A stretch of DNA of 64,000 nucleotides from an uncultured delta proteobacterium. GTDB taxonomy: Bacteria; Desulfobacterota; Desulfobacteria; Desulfobacterales; UBA2156. Below, one piece after another: positions 63,651-64,000 of the stretch (positions are counted from its first letter, which is position 1; the number at the start of each line of letters is the position of its first letter). The DNA lies in assembly GCA_963736855.1 (NCBI GenBank), contig CAVTQK010000024.1, positions 1-64,000 of the forward strand. Reading direction: 5' to 3'. The translations under genes were made by a program, and so were the position numbers. The notes beneath the pieces were generated by a model. That model ran no database searches and was not told where the DNA came from. It saw nothing but the letters and a program-made list of their open reading frames with translations.

Positions 63651-63779
63651 AAATTGAGCGATTTTCGAATTTGCCGCAGATGCAAGGCGTCCGGAAGCGA
63701 AGGCGTACAATTCGTACGTCGAGCTTTCGGCAACGTAGCAGATGCGGTGAAATCGGAAATCCCAAAGAGTTTTCAATTT
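63651..63779. repeat. Palindromic MITE-like element sharing core motifs with the 153-bp MITE
   Basis: Ends aaattga...tcaattt; core cagatgcaaggcg...aggcgtac-aattc-gtacg...gcaacgtagcagatg. Confidence 0.65.
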
Positions 63780-64000
63780 CGCAAATAATTCTAGTGCATG
63801 CCTTTTATGGTACACCCGACGGGTGGGCAATTGGAATGGTCAACTCCGTTCCAACACAAGGATATTCAAAAACAATTCTTTTTTGCCAAATTGAAAACGA
63901 TCAATTTAGGTTCCAAATAATGAGATGTTCTTGATAGTATCGGCACGAAGGGGTATTTAAAAGGTGACATGGAAGGTAGGAGAGTTTTCCATGCACAACG

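Overview
Bacterial chromosomal window; the 16S sequence and gene order point to Desulfobacterota (Desulfobacterales-like), which is my inference. About 1-19.6 kb is an accessory island ending at a decayed tyrosine integrase next to tRNA-Pro(GGG). It carries a minus-strand defence-like operon (PLD-SNF2 helicase, large N6-adenine MTase, truncated UvrD, TcmP-like protein), toxin-antitoxin modules (AbrB/RelE-like flanked by 39-bp direct repeats; HicAB), a class II Fic gene preceded by a five-unit 24-bp-period array, perR-katA remnant-katG, an IS4 remnant, a WxxGxW-repeat protein and azlCD. Many island genes are broken by single-base indels, possibly consensus errors. About 19.8-60 kb is core genome: ldcA-like, serine hydrolase, mreBCD-mrdA-rodA, atpF'FHAGDC, half-GlmU, zapBA, rny, tyrS, a full rRNA operon (16S-Ile-Ala-23S-5S), a sigma54 two-component pair, ihfA, tRNA-Thr, mfd, surA, rodZ-like, mgtE, recO, GHMP kinase, glyQS. 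The window ends with a KamA radical-SAM gene plus two ATP-grasp ligases. There are two copies of a 153-bp MITE with 6-bp TSDs and a third element sharing its hairpin core. All product calls are from motif recognition by eye; no searches were run.
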